Source: the human T2T-CHM13v2.0 reference genome, Homo sapiens. Taken from it: a stretch of DNA of 64,000 bases. The first letter of the stretch is position 1. Every line of letters begins with the position of its first letter. The DNA is taken from NCBI RefSeq assembly GCF_009914755.1, contig NC_060928.1. One strand, written 5' to 3'. Of the stretch, positions 35,386 through 55,609 are shown piece by piece. A model generated the notes under the pieces. The model was given only the letters and a program-made list of their open reading frames with translations. It had not been told where the DNA came from and searched no databases. Made by a program: the position numbers and the translations under genes.

Positions 35386-35444
35386 GAGGAAGATACCAAC
35401 TAGAGATAAAAATACCAGAAACATACCCATTTAATCCCCCTAAG
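35386..35444 (+). CDS. UBE2K: UBE2K coding exon 3 (59 nt; (G)GRYQLEIKIPETYPFNPPK)
   Basis: tttag| acceptor, AAG|gtattg donor; contains the E2 YPFxPP motif; frame continuous with exons 2 and 4. Confidence 0.97.
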
Positions 35445-36814
35445 GTATTGTAAGCCTATTTTTGTGCATGAAGTTACAAAATATTTTATATTTCTGACCT
35501 CATTTTATTAATATATATTTTAGGGCTTATTAAAGTCACAGCTTTATGAGTTGCTTACTGTGTAAACTTGATGTGGACAGGATTTTAGATAATGGCAGGT
35601 GGCTGGCTTCTGAAATTAGAATGAAAAGCAAACTCACCCAAAGGCAGCCAGTAATGGCTCAAAACTGGAATAGGATGTACATCTGACAATGGCTCATATA
35701 CTAGATCTAGAAATACGTGGCAGTGTTCCCAAATTTAGAGAGCCCTTTTACACATAGACAGAGGTTCTTACTTGACTCAAAGAAGTATGTGTTTTAGGAG
35801 AGTACCTTCTACATTCAGTCATTATTTGAGTACTTTGTGCCAAGAACTATAGCAGTAACTAAGACTTATACTGTTCCTGCTTTCATAGAGCTCACATTAT
35901 AGTGGGGAAAAAAAACTGAGTATGGAATTGCAACTGTGATAAATGTTGAAAGGGAGTATGGAATACCCTAAGATCATGTATAACAGGGGGACCCAACCTA
36001 AACTTATTTTTGGATTGAACCACTTTCTTTATGTCTCTGCTTTTACTGTCATCAGCACTTTAGGCATTCAACTTTATTCCCTGTTTTGTCTATTATTTAA
36101 TCACCCTTCCATCTTTTCCATTTCTACTCATTCTCTGCACTGTTGGTCTAGAAATCTTCCTAGAGTTCAGTTTTGATCATGCTGCTTTTCTTTCCCTGAA
36201 TAAAGTCTAAACTCCATGGCTTGGCACTTGAAACCTAGAACCTGACCCCAGTCTTGTTTCCCACTCTAATCTTCTACCACTTCCACCCACAGTGTGGGTC
36301 TCATTTTCCATCTTAGATTGTTTATTTGTAGGTGATGCTTATTCTTCCACAGCTTTCTATCAGTTTCACTTAAATCTTTGTCCCTATTATTTAAAATTCT
36401 AGTTTTCTATGAGGCCCGAGTATCACTTTCTTCATTAAGCTGAGTTCATCAAATGTTTCTCCCTCTCCTCTCTCAGTAGCATTTTATACAATTTATATAG
36501 TGGCAACACAAATATAGTTCCAACTCATGTATTATTTTGGATATGTATCTTTCTCTAGCTTTTATGCTCCTGAGTCATATAGGTCTTATACGCCTATATA
36601 TTATCAGTAATTCCCAATAGTATAGTGTCCCTTGGGCATATGATAGCAGTCACTCAGAATGTTCTAGAATTTGTTCATTCAACCTATTGGTTGTTCCAGT
36701 TTAAGAATAGATATGATAATGGAAGTTCCAGGGTGATTTTGGCTCACTTAGCATTATGGGCTGCCTATTAGTCTATTGTTTATGTACATCTATTTTCTGA
36801 TAAGTCTGGTCGAT

Positions 36815-37654
<840 letters not shown>

Positions 37655-39526
37655 TGAACTACTGACTCCATCTGAAAAAAAGAAAAGAAAAGGAAGTCAT
37701 ACACATTAAGTGGGTGAATTATGTCTCAGTAAAGGTGTAGCCTTTATAGTGTATAATAGCTTCAAAGTAATTGCATAGTTGTGGCTCTGTTTTAGGCAGT
37801 TCAACCTGTAACTTCATTTAATTTTTGAAATAAATATTTTATTAAATCTCTCCCACCTCATCCCCACTTTTTTTTAGAGACAGGGTCTTACTCTGTTGCT
37901 CAGTCTGGAGTTTAGTGGCATGCACAGTCATAGCTTAGTGCAGCCTTTAACTCCTGGGGTCAAGTGATCCCTCCACCTTGGCCTCCCAAAGTGCTGGGAT
38001 TACAGGCGTGAACCACCACATCCACTCCCTTGTTTTATTAAAGCGAGAAAAATAGACTCAAAACATAATAACTGAAGTATGTCTGATGTTTTTGCTACTA
38101 CCTCATCTTGCTATTGAAGCCACTGTTACCTGGCCAGGCATGGTGGCTCACGCCTATAATCCCAGCACTTTAGGAAGTCAAGGCAGGAGAAGCGTTTGAG
38201 CTCGGGAGTTTGAGTTCAGCCTGGACAACATAGCAAGGCCCTGTCTCTAGTCCCAAAAAAAAAAAAAGAAAAAGAAAAGCCTCTACATCTCTAATTCTAG
38301 CTGTTCCGTTTGGAGGTAGCTTTGACATTTAGAAACATCTTCTTAGGTTCAACCCCAATTTGTATTACTGTGACCTCAACCAATTAGTCATAGTTGCAGT
38401 TTAGTGTTCTTTAAATACGGTATATATGAAATAAAATTTTTTTAAATAACAAAAAAAAATAAAGAACAAACAAGAAAATGTTATATACCCTACTTGTGGC
38501 ATTACGCTCTTGCAGTAAATGTTAATGAACATGATAAATATGTTCTAGATGTATACTACGTTGATTTGAATTTTTACTGATTGGTAAATAAAATGAGAAG
38601 AATGGGGAATATTTATGTAAATTTCTTGCTGAATTGTGTGTTCACATGTGTTTGGACTCAGGCTTAATTTTAAGTCTTATGAGGTAAAATTATCAAGGTA
38701 GCTGGTTATATTCTCATTACTACTGTGCAGCTAAAATTTGAGAAAAGATGAAAAATTCACATTTGTCTTACCATGGTCACAGAATGTTTTGTGTTTATTA
38801 TTATGCAATAAATTATTGACCGGAAGAGTAGGCTTACTTCTAAAACAGAGAAAATATATCTTTGAATCAGGTGATAATAGTGTAGAAGGAATTTGATTAA
38901 ATGCATACAACCAATATGATTTCTAGCATTAAATTGCAATGTATATTGTGTTAGTGAAAAAATCATTAGTAAAAATATAGTCCAGTGGTGTATCCTGCTT
39001 GAATAGAGCAGGCTGGATGCGGTGGTTTGCTCGCCTGTAATCCCAGCACCTAGGGAGGCAGGGGGCAGGCAGATGGCTTGAGCTCAGAAGTTCATGACCA
39101 AATGGCAAAAACCTGTCTCTACTAAAAATGCCAAAAACAAAACAAAACAAAACAAAAAATACTAGTCTGGTATGGTGGCATGCGCCTGTAGTCTCAGCTA
39201 CTCAGGAGGCTAAGGCACAAGAATTGCTTGAACCTGGCAGGCAGAGGTTGCAGCGAGCCGAGATCATGCCACTGCACTGCAGCCTGGACAAGAGAGTAAG
39301 ACTCTGTCTCAAAAAAAAAAAGAAATTAAGTTGTGAATTTTGCTCTTTTTCTTTGGTGTTATCATCATACTTTTTACATGTTAAGTTGTATATACATACC
39401 AATGCTAATAATCTTTAATGAGCGTATGCTCATCTGTACATGCATATTCAAAATAGCATTTTCTTTTGTATGATAAGGGAGTTAAAGCTGGCTTAATAAT
39501 ATAATATGCTTTGAGACCCTGTCTCA

Positions 39527-39879
<353 letters not shown>

Positions 39880-40341
39880 TTAAAACTGGAAGTTACAGAT
39901 GGAAATATGAACTCACATCTACCATGAAGTGGGAGCTGAAGTGTTAAACTAAAGAGTGAATGAAATTTACAGTGCATCCTGTAGGAAGAGATAAGAACCG
40001 TTGATGCTATGCCAATATTGATAATTTAAGAATAGTTTCCTTCATTTCTGTCTGGGAACATTGAGAATCTGTTGTTACATAGTGTTCAGATTTCCGTTTT
40101 TATTCATTGAGTGCTTCCCAAAGCTAGTGAGTGTTCTGAAGTTCCCAGACAACGCTACTACTAGTTTTGTATATAAAAATAAGGAGACATTATTATTATA
40201 TTCTTAATAGATACAGGGTCTTGCTACATTGCCCAGGCTGGTCTCAAACTCATAGCCTCAAACAGTCTTCCCACCTTGGCCTCCCAAATTGTTGAGATTA
40301 CGTGCTTGATTCACTGTGCTGGGCCACGGAGATAATCTTGA

Positions 40342-40536
<195 letters not shown>

Positions 40537-40689
40537 TGACTAATTTTTTTGTATTTTGTAGAGATGGGGTTTCACCTTGTTGCCCAGGCTGCTCTCGAAC
40601 TCCTGGGTCCAAGTGATTTCACCCACCTCAGCCTCCTGAAGTATTGGGATTACAGGTATGAGCCACCACGCCTGGCCCCTGAAGATTAA

Positions 40690-40896
<207 letters not shown>

Positions 40897-41204
40897 TAAC
40901 TATAGATTATAGTACAAAGTAAGAATTAGTTCAGTAATTTAATTGGGTCTTGGCTTTTTTCCTATGTATCTACAGAGAATTCTGTATAGAAGACCCTTCT
41001 TTAAAAAGCAGTGCTGAACGCCATATCCTGCTTTTTGCTCACACCTGTAATCCTAGCACTGTGGGAGGCTGAGGTGGGTGGATCACTTGAGCCCAAGAGT
41101 TCGAGAAAAGCCTAAGCAACATGGTGAAACCCTGTTCTTGTGTCCACAAAAAATATGAAAATTAGCCAGGAGTGATGGCGCACGCCTGTAGTCCCAACTA
41201 CTCA

Positions 41205-42160
<956 letters not shown>

Positions 42161-42343
42161 TAGCCAGGATGGTCTCAATCTCCTGACCTTGTGATCCACC
42201 TGCCTCGCCCTCCCAAAGTGCTGGGATTACAGGCATGAGCCACTGCGCCCAGCCACCATTTTAAAGTTATAAAATGCTGTGAATTCCTTGAGTTCTGACA
42301 TTATGGCATATGCTTGTTTATGAATTGAACTCAATAGTAAATA

Positions 42344-42677
42344 GAGGTTGATTATTCAAAATTCAAAAATCCGAGATTTGAAATGCTCCAAAATCTGAAA
42401 CTTTTTGAGTGTTTACATGTCACTCAAAGAAAATGCTCGTTGGAGCATTTTGGATTTCAGATTTTCAGATAAGAAATACTCAGCATGGGCCAAGCACTGT
42501 GGCCCACTCATGCCTGTAATCCCAGCAGTTTGGGAGGCCGAGAGGGGAGGATTACCTGAGCCCAGAAGGTTAGGACTGCAGTGAGCCATGATCGCACCAC
42601 TCCACTCCAGCCTGGGCAACGGGAGTGAGACCCTGTCTCCAAAAAACAGAAAGAAAGAAAAAGAAATACTCAACCTG
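42344..42677. mobile_element. Tigger4/MER46-type palindromic DNA transposon interrupted by an Alu monomer (~42488-42655)
   Basis: TA-flanked (g)AGGTTGA...TCAACCTG termini; internal inverted repeats aaatgctccaa / ttggagcattt; Alu TSD aagaaatactca. Confidence 0.8.
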
Positions 42678-45276
42678 TATTAAGATGTGAAATGTGTGGT
42701 TATATCTCTTACAAAGCAATGTTTGATGTGGGCTCAGTGGCTCACGCCTATAATCCTAGTACTTTGGGAGCCTATGTCGGGTGGATCTCTTAAGCCCAGG
42801 AGTTCAAGACCAGCCTGGGTAATATGGTGAAACCCCCAACACTATTAGAAATAAAAGAATTGGCTGGGTGTGGTGGTGTGTGCCTATAGTCACAGCTACT
42901 TTTAAGATGGATCACCTGAGTCTGGGAAGTTGAGGTTGCAGTGAGCCACAGCAGTGAGACCTTCTCTGGGGGGGAAAAAAAGGGAGAAATGTTTGTTGTA
43001 CATAAGCCCTATATTACTGTCTTACTTAGCTTGCATTGTATTTGATATTTAGCCTTATAATAACATTTTTGCCGTAATATTAAGTGCACATTCATTCCAT
43101 GTGAGTCGCTTACATCTGGAGATGCTTTATTAAGTAGGATGGATACAGTGTCTTTTAGGGAAGACCGGACAAACAAGGCAGAAATCACAGAAGTGTAATT
43201 AATATACTATGACAAAGGAAACTGCAGGTGTGTGGAATAGATCAGGAAGAAGTGATATGGAAAGTGAAACTTGAAGAGTAGGAATTAGTTGGGAGAAGAG
43301 GGCACAGAGGTATGTTATTGAGAAAACAAATATGTATGAAGGCCCAGAACAGGGGAAAAGTTTAATATGACTTTTTGAGCAGGAGAGTGGAGTGTGGGAT
43401 AGAGGTAAAAATTGAGATTTCAGGAGTAGTCTAAGGCCAGGTTAAGAGTGTGGGCTTGGCCGGGCATGATGGCTCCATGCCTCTAATCCCAGCACTTAGG
43501 GAGGCCGAGGCGGGTGGATCACCTGAGGTCAGGAGTTTGAGACCAGCCTGGCCAACATGGCGAAACCCCATCTTGCCATGTTGGCGCTCCAAGATCGCGC
43601 CACTGCACTCCAGACTCCAGCCTGAGCGACAGCGCGAGACTCCTTCTCAAAAAAAAAGAGAGAGAGAGTGGGCCCACATGAAGGGAATGAGAGGTCATTA
43701 ATGGTCCTTAAAGCAGCATAGTGATGCAAATCAGATTTGTTTTAAAGGGCTCTCTTTAGTTTTGGTGCGGAAAATAAATTGGAGGGAACAGAAGGGAAGG
43801 CAGTAAAGTCAGGAGACTGTGTAGTAACCTAGATGATGAATGATTGTCTCCTTTAATGAGAAGGTGGATGGAGAGAAGTAGGTATCTTTGAAAGTAGTAA
43901 GATTATTAAGACTGAAAAGAATCAAGCATAGCAAGAATGAAGGAATGGAAAGTATCTTATTTTCGGTATTTTAAAGTCATTGGCGAATTAAAGTGCCTTT
44001 TTAGATTGAATATGAGTTAGCAGGAGGTAAGGAAGTAGAAATAGGTAGTGTAAACAAATCAAGAAGTCACAAAGAGAAGAGAGAAGTGGAAACTCTTAGC
44101 TTCTTTCCATAAATAGCTTAGGAGCATATATTAAAGAGTCCGTTTTTTTCCAGTTGGTCGTGTTCTGTTGCCCAGGCTGTAGTACAGTGGCACGATCACG
44201 GCTTGCTGCAGCTCAACCTTTCAGATTCAAGTAATCCTCATGCCTCAGCTCCTTAGTAGCTGGGAGTACAGGTGTGTGCCACCATGCCCAGCTAATTTTT
44301 TTATTTGTAGAGACATGGTCTCACTATGTTGCCCAGGCTGGTCTCAAACTCTTGGGCTAAAGTGATCCTCCCGCCTCAGCCTCCCAAAATGTTGAGATTA
44401 CAGTGTGTGAGTGCTAATTTTTGTGAAGTTCTTAGAACATTAATTGGCACATAGTAATTAATCTACTAAGTGTCAAAGAATATGGGCTCAGCTGGTCATT
44501 GTCATATGTGTCAGAGATAGGAATACAAGATCCTCCAAAAGTTCATGAGTAAGAGCTGATGAACTCTTTAATTTCATGGTGTTCCCCTAGAGTTTTAGCA
44601 TTTTCACTTGTTGGTTTGTTATTCTTCCGTAATGAGACAAATAATGAGATGATTGGACTCAGAATCTGGAATCAGATTGTGGGAGTTTACATTGTGCTCT
44701 GTTTAGCTATTTAATTAGATTTCTTAAACTCTAAGCCTTAGTATCTCCTCAGTGTTTGCTACATCATAATAGGCATTTCAATAATAAGAATTTGAGAAAA
44801 AATTCTACAGAAAAATTAAGAGAAGCACAGCCACTTACTATTTGTGCTTCCATTCACTGGTTTTACTTACTTTTTTCCTCAAACCTATTCTGCACCCTGC
44901 CTCACATGAAGAAAAGTGCCATTTACTATTTATGTTTTTATTTTATGTACTATTTTATTTACCAAAATGGATTTTATTCTCTGTTGTATTCTCATAGCAT
45001 CTACCATTATTCTAGGTAAATTGTAAGCTCCTAGTAATTGTTGGGTTTGTTTAAAGGCGGAACATTTATTAAAGAGTTTGAAAACAACATATGTTAGTGA
45101 CAACATTCAGCTTACTGGATCCTTTGTCTTCTACACCCCTTCTTTCACCTAGGCAAAATGATGTAATAGATATAGGGACCTTTCTTTTTTTAGTTTGAAG
45201 ATTTCATTTTCTTGTAGTTCTACTTAAACTGTTTTATTTCTGTTACTGAAAAACTCAAGTGTGCTTTATATTCTAG

Positions 45277-45359
45277 GTCCGGTTTATCACTAAAATATGG
45301 CATCCTAATATTAGTTCCGTCACAGGGGCTATTTGTTTGGATATCCTGAAAGATCAATG
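45277..45359 (+). CDS. UBE2K: UBE2K coding exon 4 (83 nt; VRFITKIWHPNISSVTGAICLDILKDQ+TG), catalytic Cys92 at 45334-45336
   Basis: ttctag| acceptor, TG|gtaaga donor; HPN motif and ICLDIL active-site signature of UBC domains. Confidence 0.98.
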
Positions 45360-45869
45360 GTAAGAGATTTTGAATTCACCTTCTCTCCTTCTCATATGAA
45401 TACCAAGACTGTAAGAGTGTTAAATGTGTAATTGCCTCAAAACATATATTATACTTTATCTTGTTTGGGCAGTAACTTTATAAAGTCTCTTAAGTGCATA
45501 ACTGAAAATGCATTATAATTGAGATCACAATCCATATTTAAATAGAAACTTGTTAGATAATGTTAGATGCTAGCTTTACACTTTGAAAAGCCTTGGATTT
45601 CATTTGTTATTTTGGTAAATTTGATTCTTTGCTATCTTAAGAAGATATTTGTGAAAGACTAAAAAAGTAGAAAGTAAGTATTGAAGTAGTCATATCCCCC
45701 TTAGATGGAATGTAAGTTACAAAATTGTTGCAGGTTGTGTTAATTGAGCACAGTTAAGATTTTGGTTTATGAATTCTAACAAGGAGCACCTTTGTAGGTG
45801 ATGTCTTCATTTGGATAGCGGTATTGTGCTTTCACTTTTTTTGTCTGATTTGCTCTGCACAGCATTAAA

Positions 45870-46060
45870 TGTTTTAAGAGTTCCTACTCTGGAGCCACCA
45901 GGTTCACATCTTGGCTCTCCAGTTTACCAAGCTGCATGGTTATGAGCAAATTACCTAAAGTCTGTGTGCCTTAGTGTCCTCATCTGCAAAATGGGTTGAT
46001 ACCCACTTCATAGAGCTCAGAGGATTAAATAAGTTACTTTATGTAATTCCCTTAGAATAG
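45870..46060 (+). mobile_element. MIR
   Basis: gcaaattacctaaagtctgtgtgccttagtgtcctcatctgcaaaatggg core. Confidence 0.65.
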
Positions 46061-46568
46061 AGCTTTGCTTTTGTTTTTGTTTGTTTGTTTTGAGACAGGG
46101 TCTTGCCCTGTTGCCCAGGCTGGAGTGCAGTGGCGCAATCACAGCTCACTGCAGCCTTGACCTCTAAAGCCCAAGTAGTCCTACCACCTCAGCCTCCCAA
46201 GTAGCTGGGAATACAGGCGCATACCACCACACCTGGCTAATGTTTGTATTTTTTTTAGAGACAGGGTTCCTGTTGCCCAGGCTGGAAGCTTTGTGTAGTC
46301 TGACAATGATAAAGATGATAGTTAATTATTTAGCACATGATTTTATAGATGGAAAAACTAAGACCAAAGGTATGAAAAGTAATTGGAGTGGGAGAAAACC
46401 ATAAAACTAGAAAAAATCAATTCAGTGAGTGTCTATTATGACCTTTCCTTCTGATTTTACTCTTTTACAAGAGAAGGTATAACAGAACAAAATAGAACAG
46501 CAGTTGGTAAGAAGACTTGGAGCCAAAACTGTGTTTAATGGGCCCAGCCTGGCTGCCTAATCTTCTAA

Positions 46569-46962
<394 letters not shown>

Positions 46963-48059
46963 TGATTTGTTAAGAAAGGGGAGAAAAAAAGGTACCTGAA
47001 AGAAAATCAAATAGGAATGACAGTATTTAGTGTATGGCCAGTGGTTTACTTAGTAACTGGATGAACAGACTAGAGTTACAGGTTTTGTTTTGTTTTTTTT
47101 TCTATTCCAGTAGTATATCTGAGTAAATCCTGTCCCTCAGTAGATCATCTCTTGGGATCTGGTTTCTTGATCTGTATTTCAATATATTCTATATTCCATA
47201 TAGATCAAGACTTTCTAACATAAAGCAGTGTGGAATAGACTTACTTTTTATCTTCTCTGTTACTCTTTTGATTTGTGACTTTTACCAATTTATTGAACTT
47301 CTTAAGTGTCAGTGTTTTTAATCCATTAGGTTATCGCCAAGGCCTCTAAAAGCTCTAAGATTCAGTGATATGAATACATATTTGCAGTATTAGAGACATT
47401 GTACTGTTTTCACTTGGCTTCTAGGACATTAGATTTTCTATTCTCCCTTTCCTATGCTCACTCCCAGATTCCTTAACCAGTTCCTTGCATCTTTGTGTAT
47501 TAGAATGCCTCAGGGATAAGTCTTGGATTTCTGCTCCTTTCTAGCTGCACTCACTTCCTTGGTAAGCTCATCTGATTTCATCATAACTTCACCTTTACAT
47601 ACTGCAAACTCACAAATTATCTTCCCTGAACTTGAGACTCCTATCCTGCTGCCTGCTTATCATCTTTACTTGACTATATAACGAACATATCAAACATAAA
47701 CTGAACTGATAGTCTCCTAACCTGAAACCTGCTTCTATAGTCTTCCCCAACTAAGTTATTGGCAAATACGTCCTTGCATTTTCTCAGGCCAAAATCACAT
47801 CATGATCCTTGGCATTTCTTTCTCTGGTACCCCATGCCCTGTCTGCAGATCTATTGGCAAAACCTCCCAACATCTTAACAGCAGCTTTACTACCACACTT
47901 TTCCAAACGGATTACCTCTAGCCTGCATGATTGCATTAGTCTGCCTCCCTGCTTCTGGCTTTTACCTACTCAGGCTATTCCCAGCACCCAGAATGACAAC
48001 TTTGAAAACAAAGCTTGCCGCCACGTGCAGTGGCTCATGCCTGTAATTCCAACGCTTTA

Positions 48060-48416
<357 letters not shown>

Positions 48417-48870
48417 CTAGTTGAAAGATTATGGTGTGTATATATAGAGAGAGAAGTTGAATTTTTATACCAAAACATTTTCTCCTAATATGATGTGCAG
48501 GAACAAAACATTTTTTACATCAACTATTCCCTTTTCCTAAGGCAGGTGAATAATCTTGTTTTTTATCTGTACAATTGAAATATTAGAATATACCAAAGAC
48601 ACATTAGATAAAATAGGTGAGACTAGATATTCATGAAGTCATTACTTTATTCCCAGAGCTTTACTGAGGTATAATTGACATTTAGTGCATATCCATATTT
48701 AAATGTGGATGTTTAGGTTTCAGAACTGGAATTTGATAGAGAAAAATACAGAGTCTTAATCATAGGAAAAATGAATTACATAAATAATTTTCAGCAGGCA
48801 TACTAGAAAATAATTGGTTAATCTTGGTCTTTTATTAATGCATCTAGGGGTGATGATATACCTTTATTAA

Positions 48871-49085
<215 letters not shown>

Positions 49086-49379
49086 TAGTAGAGACAGGGT
49101 TCCACCGTGTTGGCCAGGCTGGTCTCAAACTCCTGACCTCAGGTGATCCACCGGCCTCGGCCTCCCAGAGTGCTGCAATGACAGGCGTGAGCCACTGTGC
49201 CCGGCCCCTGGTTTATTTCTTAATTCCACAACTTGTGCTGTGTGGAAACTATTTTCTAATGTTTTCCACTGACACTTACTATGACTAATGGTGTCTACTT
49301 ACCTGGGGAAGAAAATGGCAACACATAAAAATTTCACTCAGTGACGCTGCCCTTCTAAAAGACACAAACAGGCACAGAA

Positions 49380-50580
<1,201 letters not shown>

Positions 50581-50620
50581 TCTTAACTTTGCTTAAACTT
50601 TAACAAAAAAATTTATAGCA

Positions 50621-50919
50621 GCTGGGTACAATGGTGCACACCTGTAGTCCCAGCTACTCAGGAGGCTGAGGCAAGAGGATTGCTTAAGACCAGCAAGTCT
50701 GGGCTGAAGTGTGCTATGCCAGTCAGGTGTCCACATTAAGTTGGGCATAAGTATGGTGACCTCTTAGGAACAGAGGACCACCAGATTGCCTAAGGAGACG
50801 TGAACCAGACAAGGTTGGAAACAGAGCAGGTCAAAACTCCTGTGCTAGTCAATAGTGAGATAACACCTGTGAATAGCCACTGCATCCCAGCCTTGACAAC
50901 ATAGTGAAACCCAATCTCT
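50621..50919 (+). pseudogene. Full-length 7SL (SRP RNA) retropseudogene
   Basis: Alu-domain ends enclose the 7SL-specific S domain (ctgggctgaagtgtgctatgcc...atggtgacctc...ggaccaccagattgcctaaggag...gagcaggtcaaaactcc...ctgtgaatagccactgca); short A-rich tail; CpGs decayed. Confidence 0.93.
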
Positions 50920-51805
50920 TTAAAAAATAAAATCTTTAGTATAAAAGCTGCCATCCTCTTTAAGTAGCATTTAGTGTTTTGAATGAACGTGGTTTAATTA
51001 TTGATGATCTGTTGGAAGATCCTTAACAGAAAAGTTAGTCAACGGTATGAACAATTCACATGATTATTCTACATAGTAAGGCCTGAGTCCTTATGAATGA
51101 ATATATGAATATTTACATAGCCACATTAACTGTGTCTTACTGATTTGAGACTTGAGCAAAATTTATTTACCGGACATAGATTTATGAGGTACTGATTTAT
51201 TCATATTATCTTCTAAATTATAAAGATTGACACATTTTGAAATTTCATATTCCTGTTTGCCTGTTAGGATTTGTTATAATAGATTTAAGTTGATTGTATA
51301 TACTGATCCTAAAGATATCAGTACAATATAGATTTGATCACTGCTTTGTAAATAGAAGAAGAAATGGAACAAAAGCATGTTTTCAGTTATATACTTTTTC
51401 ACGTTACTGAATTTAGATTAGAGCAGTCCAAAATTGCACACATTTCTTTATATTATCGAAGATACAGTTTCTATAGTATTCATTTTTTTTTTTTAAAGTT
51501 TTAGGCCGGTTGCTGGCCGGATGTGGTGGCTGATGCCTATAATCCCAGCAGTTTGGGAGGCCGAGGTTGGTGGATCACGAGGTTGGGAGTTCAAGACCAG
51601 CCTGGGCAAGATGGTGAAACCCCGTCTCCACTAAAAATAAAAATAAAAAATTAGCCGGGCGTAGTGGCATGCGCCTGTAATCCTAGCTACTCTGGAGGCT
51701 GAGGCAGAGAATCGCTTAAACCTGGAGGGGCAGAGGTTGCAGTGAGCCGAGATCGCCTCACTGCACTGCAGCCTGGGCTACAGAGCGAGACTCCCATCTC
51801 AGTAA

Positions 51806-51806
<1 letters not shown>

Positions 51807-51836
<30 letters not shown>
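51807..51836. repeat. (AAT)n microsatellite at an Alu tail
   Basis: Seen directly. Confidence 0.92.
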
Positions 51837-51839
<3 letters not shown>

Positions 51840-52015
51840 CTTGAAATTTATTTTATTTATTTACTTATTGTAGAGATGGGGTCTTGCTATGTTGCCCAAG
51901 CTGGTCTCAAGCACCTGGCCTCAAGTGATCCTTCCACCTTGGCCTCCTGAAGTGCTAAGATTACAGACTTGACCCCCTACTCCTGGTCTATAGTATTTAG
52001 GGTTAGAAAAATAGG

Positions 52016-53361
<1,346 letters not shown>

Positions 53362-54820
53362 ATAGGTTTTGTTTGGATATTTATTTTTATTTTTATTTTT
53401 TGAGACAGAATCTCACTCTGCCACCCAGACTAGAGTGCTGTGGCTCACTGCAGCCTCAACCTTCCAGGCTCAATTGGTCTTCCCACCTCAGCCTTCTGAG
53501 TAACTGTAACTACAGTCACGTGCTACCACACTTGGCTAATTTTTTGTAGAGACAGAGTTTCACCTCATTGCCCAGGCTGGTCTTAAACTCCTGGGCTCAA
53601 GCGATCTACCTGCTTCAGCCTCCCAAAGTGCTGAGACTGCAGGCGTGAGCCATCGTGCCTGACCTCAATTATTGAACTAATTTTCTTACAATTAATTATT
53701 AAAACTGGCTGTGTGCAGTGACTCAAACCTGTAATCCTAGCATTTGGGAGGCCAAGGCAGGAGGATTGCTTGAGCCCAGGTGTTTGAGACCAGCACTGGC
53801 AACATGGCAAGACCCTGTCTGTACAAAAAATTTTAAAATTAGCTGGGCATGGTGTTGCGTGCCTGTAGTCTAAGGTGAGAAAATCACTTGAGCCTTGAAA
53901 GTCAGGGCTGCAGTGAGCCGTGTTCACACATTCTGTGAAAATTCAATCAGGCAGAAAAGTGACAACGTTTTCTCTTTGACATTGTTATGAATTGTATCTA
54001 AATTTGCAGCTCTAGATTTTTTTTCAATTTTGAGGGTTTTGAGAGCAAACTGCCTTTTTTTTTTTTTCTTTTCTCTTTTTTTCTTTTGCCCCTGCCAGAC
54101 ATGGTTTTTCTCTGTCGCCTAGGCTGGAGTGCAGTGACAACGATCACAGCTCACTGCAGCCTTGACCTTCCAGGCCCCAAGCATTCTTCCCACCTCAGCC
54201 TATCACAGGTGCACACCACCATGCCTGGCTAATTTTTTAAAATTACTTTTTGTAGAGATGGGTCTTGCCATGTTGCCCATGCTGGCTGGTACTCAAGCAA
54301 TACCCCTGTTTTGACTTCCCAAAGTGCTAGGATTATAGGCATGAGCCACTGCCCCCGGCTGATTTCTTTTTCTTTAACCTCCTCTTCATTCAAGTTTCTG
54401 ATTCTTGAAATGGTAATCTAGAGTCTGTAGTAGATTGTGTCGTCACAATAGGAAGACAGTGCAAATAGAGGAAATAGACAGTATTTATAATAAGGATTTT
54501 TGAATCTCTAAGAACTTATTAATTTTTTTTTTTTTTCGAGACAAGAGTCTCACTCTGTGGCCCAGGCTGGAGTGCAGTGGCGCGATCTCGGCTGACTGTA
54601 AGCTCCGCCTCCTGGCCTCAGCCATTCTCCTACCTCAGCCTCCTGAGCAGCTGTGACTACAGGCACCTGCCACCACTCCAGGCTAATTTTTTGTATTTTT
54701 AGTAGAGATAGGGTTTCACCGTGTTAGCCAGGATGGTCTCAATCTCCTGACCTCGTGATCCGCCCGCCTTGGCCTCCCAAAGCGCTAGGATTATAGGCGT
54801 GAGCCACTGTGTCTGGCCTA

Positions 54821-55159
<339 letters not shown>

Positions 55160-55348
55160 TCAAATAAGCAGGGCCAGGCGCAGTGGCTCACGCGTATAAT
55201 CCCAGCACTTTGGGAGGCCGAGATGGATGGATCACCTGAGGTCAGGAGTTCCAGACCAGCCTGACCAATATGGTGAAATCCTGTCTTTACCAAAAATACA
55301 AAAACGTTAGCCAAGTCTGGTAGCATGCGACTGTAGTCCCAGCTACTA

Positions 55349-55519
<171 letters not shown>

Positions 55520-55535
55520 TCACCTGAAGTCAGGA

Positions 55536-55602
55536 TATATATATACATACATACATACATACATACATACATACACACACACACATACACATACACATAC
55601 AC
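55536..55602. repeat. Compound (TA)n(TACA)n(CA)n microsatellite truncating an Alu
   Basis: Seen directly. Confidence 0.92.
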
Positions 55603-55609
55603 AAAAGCC

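Noticed and set aside
38380-38480. AATAAA followed by an A-rich tract, possibly a retrocopy 3' end or intronic poly(A) site
   Set aside because: No convincing TSD or recognisable source; common in AT-rich DNA.
49296-49306. TACTTACCTGG, identical to the U1 snRNA 5' end (perfect CAG|GTAAGT donor on minus)
   Set aside because: Only 11 nt match with no further U1 similarity, and no antisense exon is supported.
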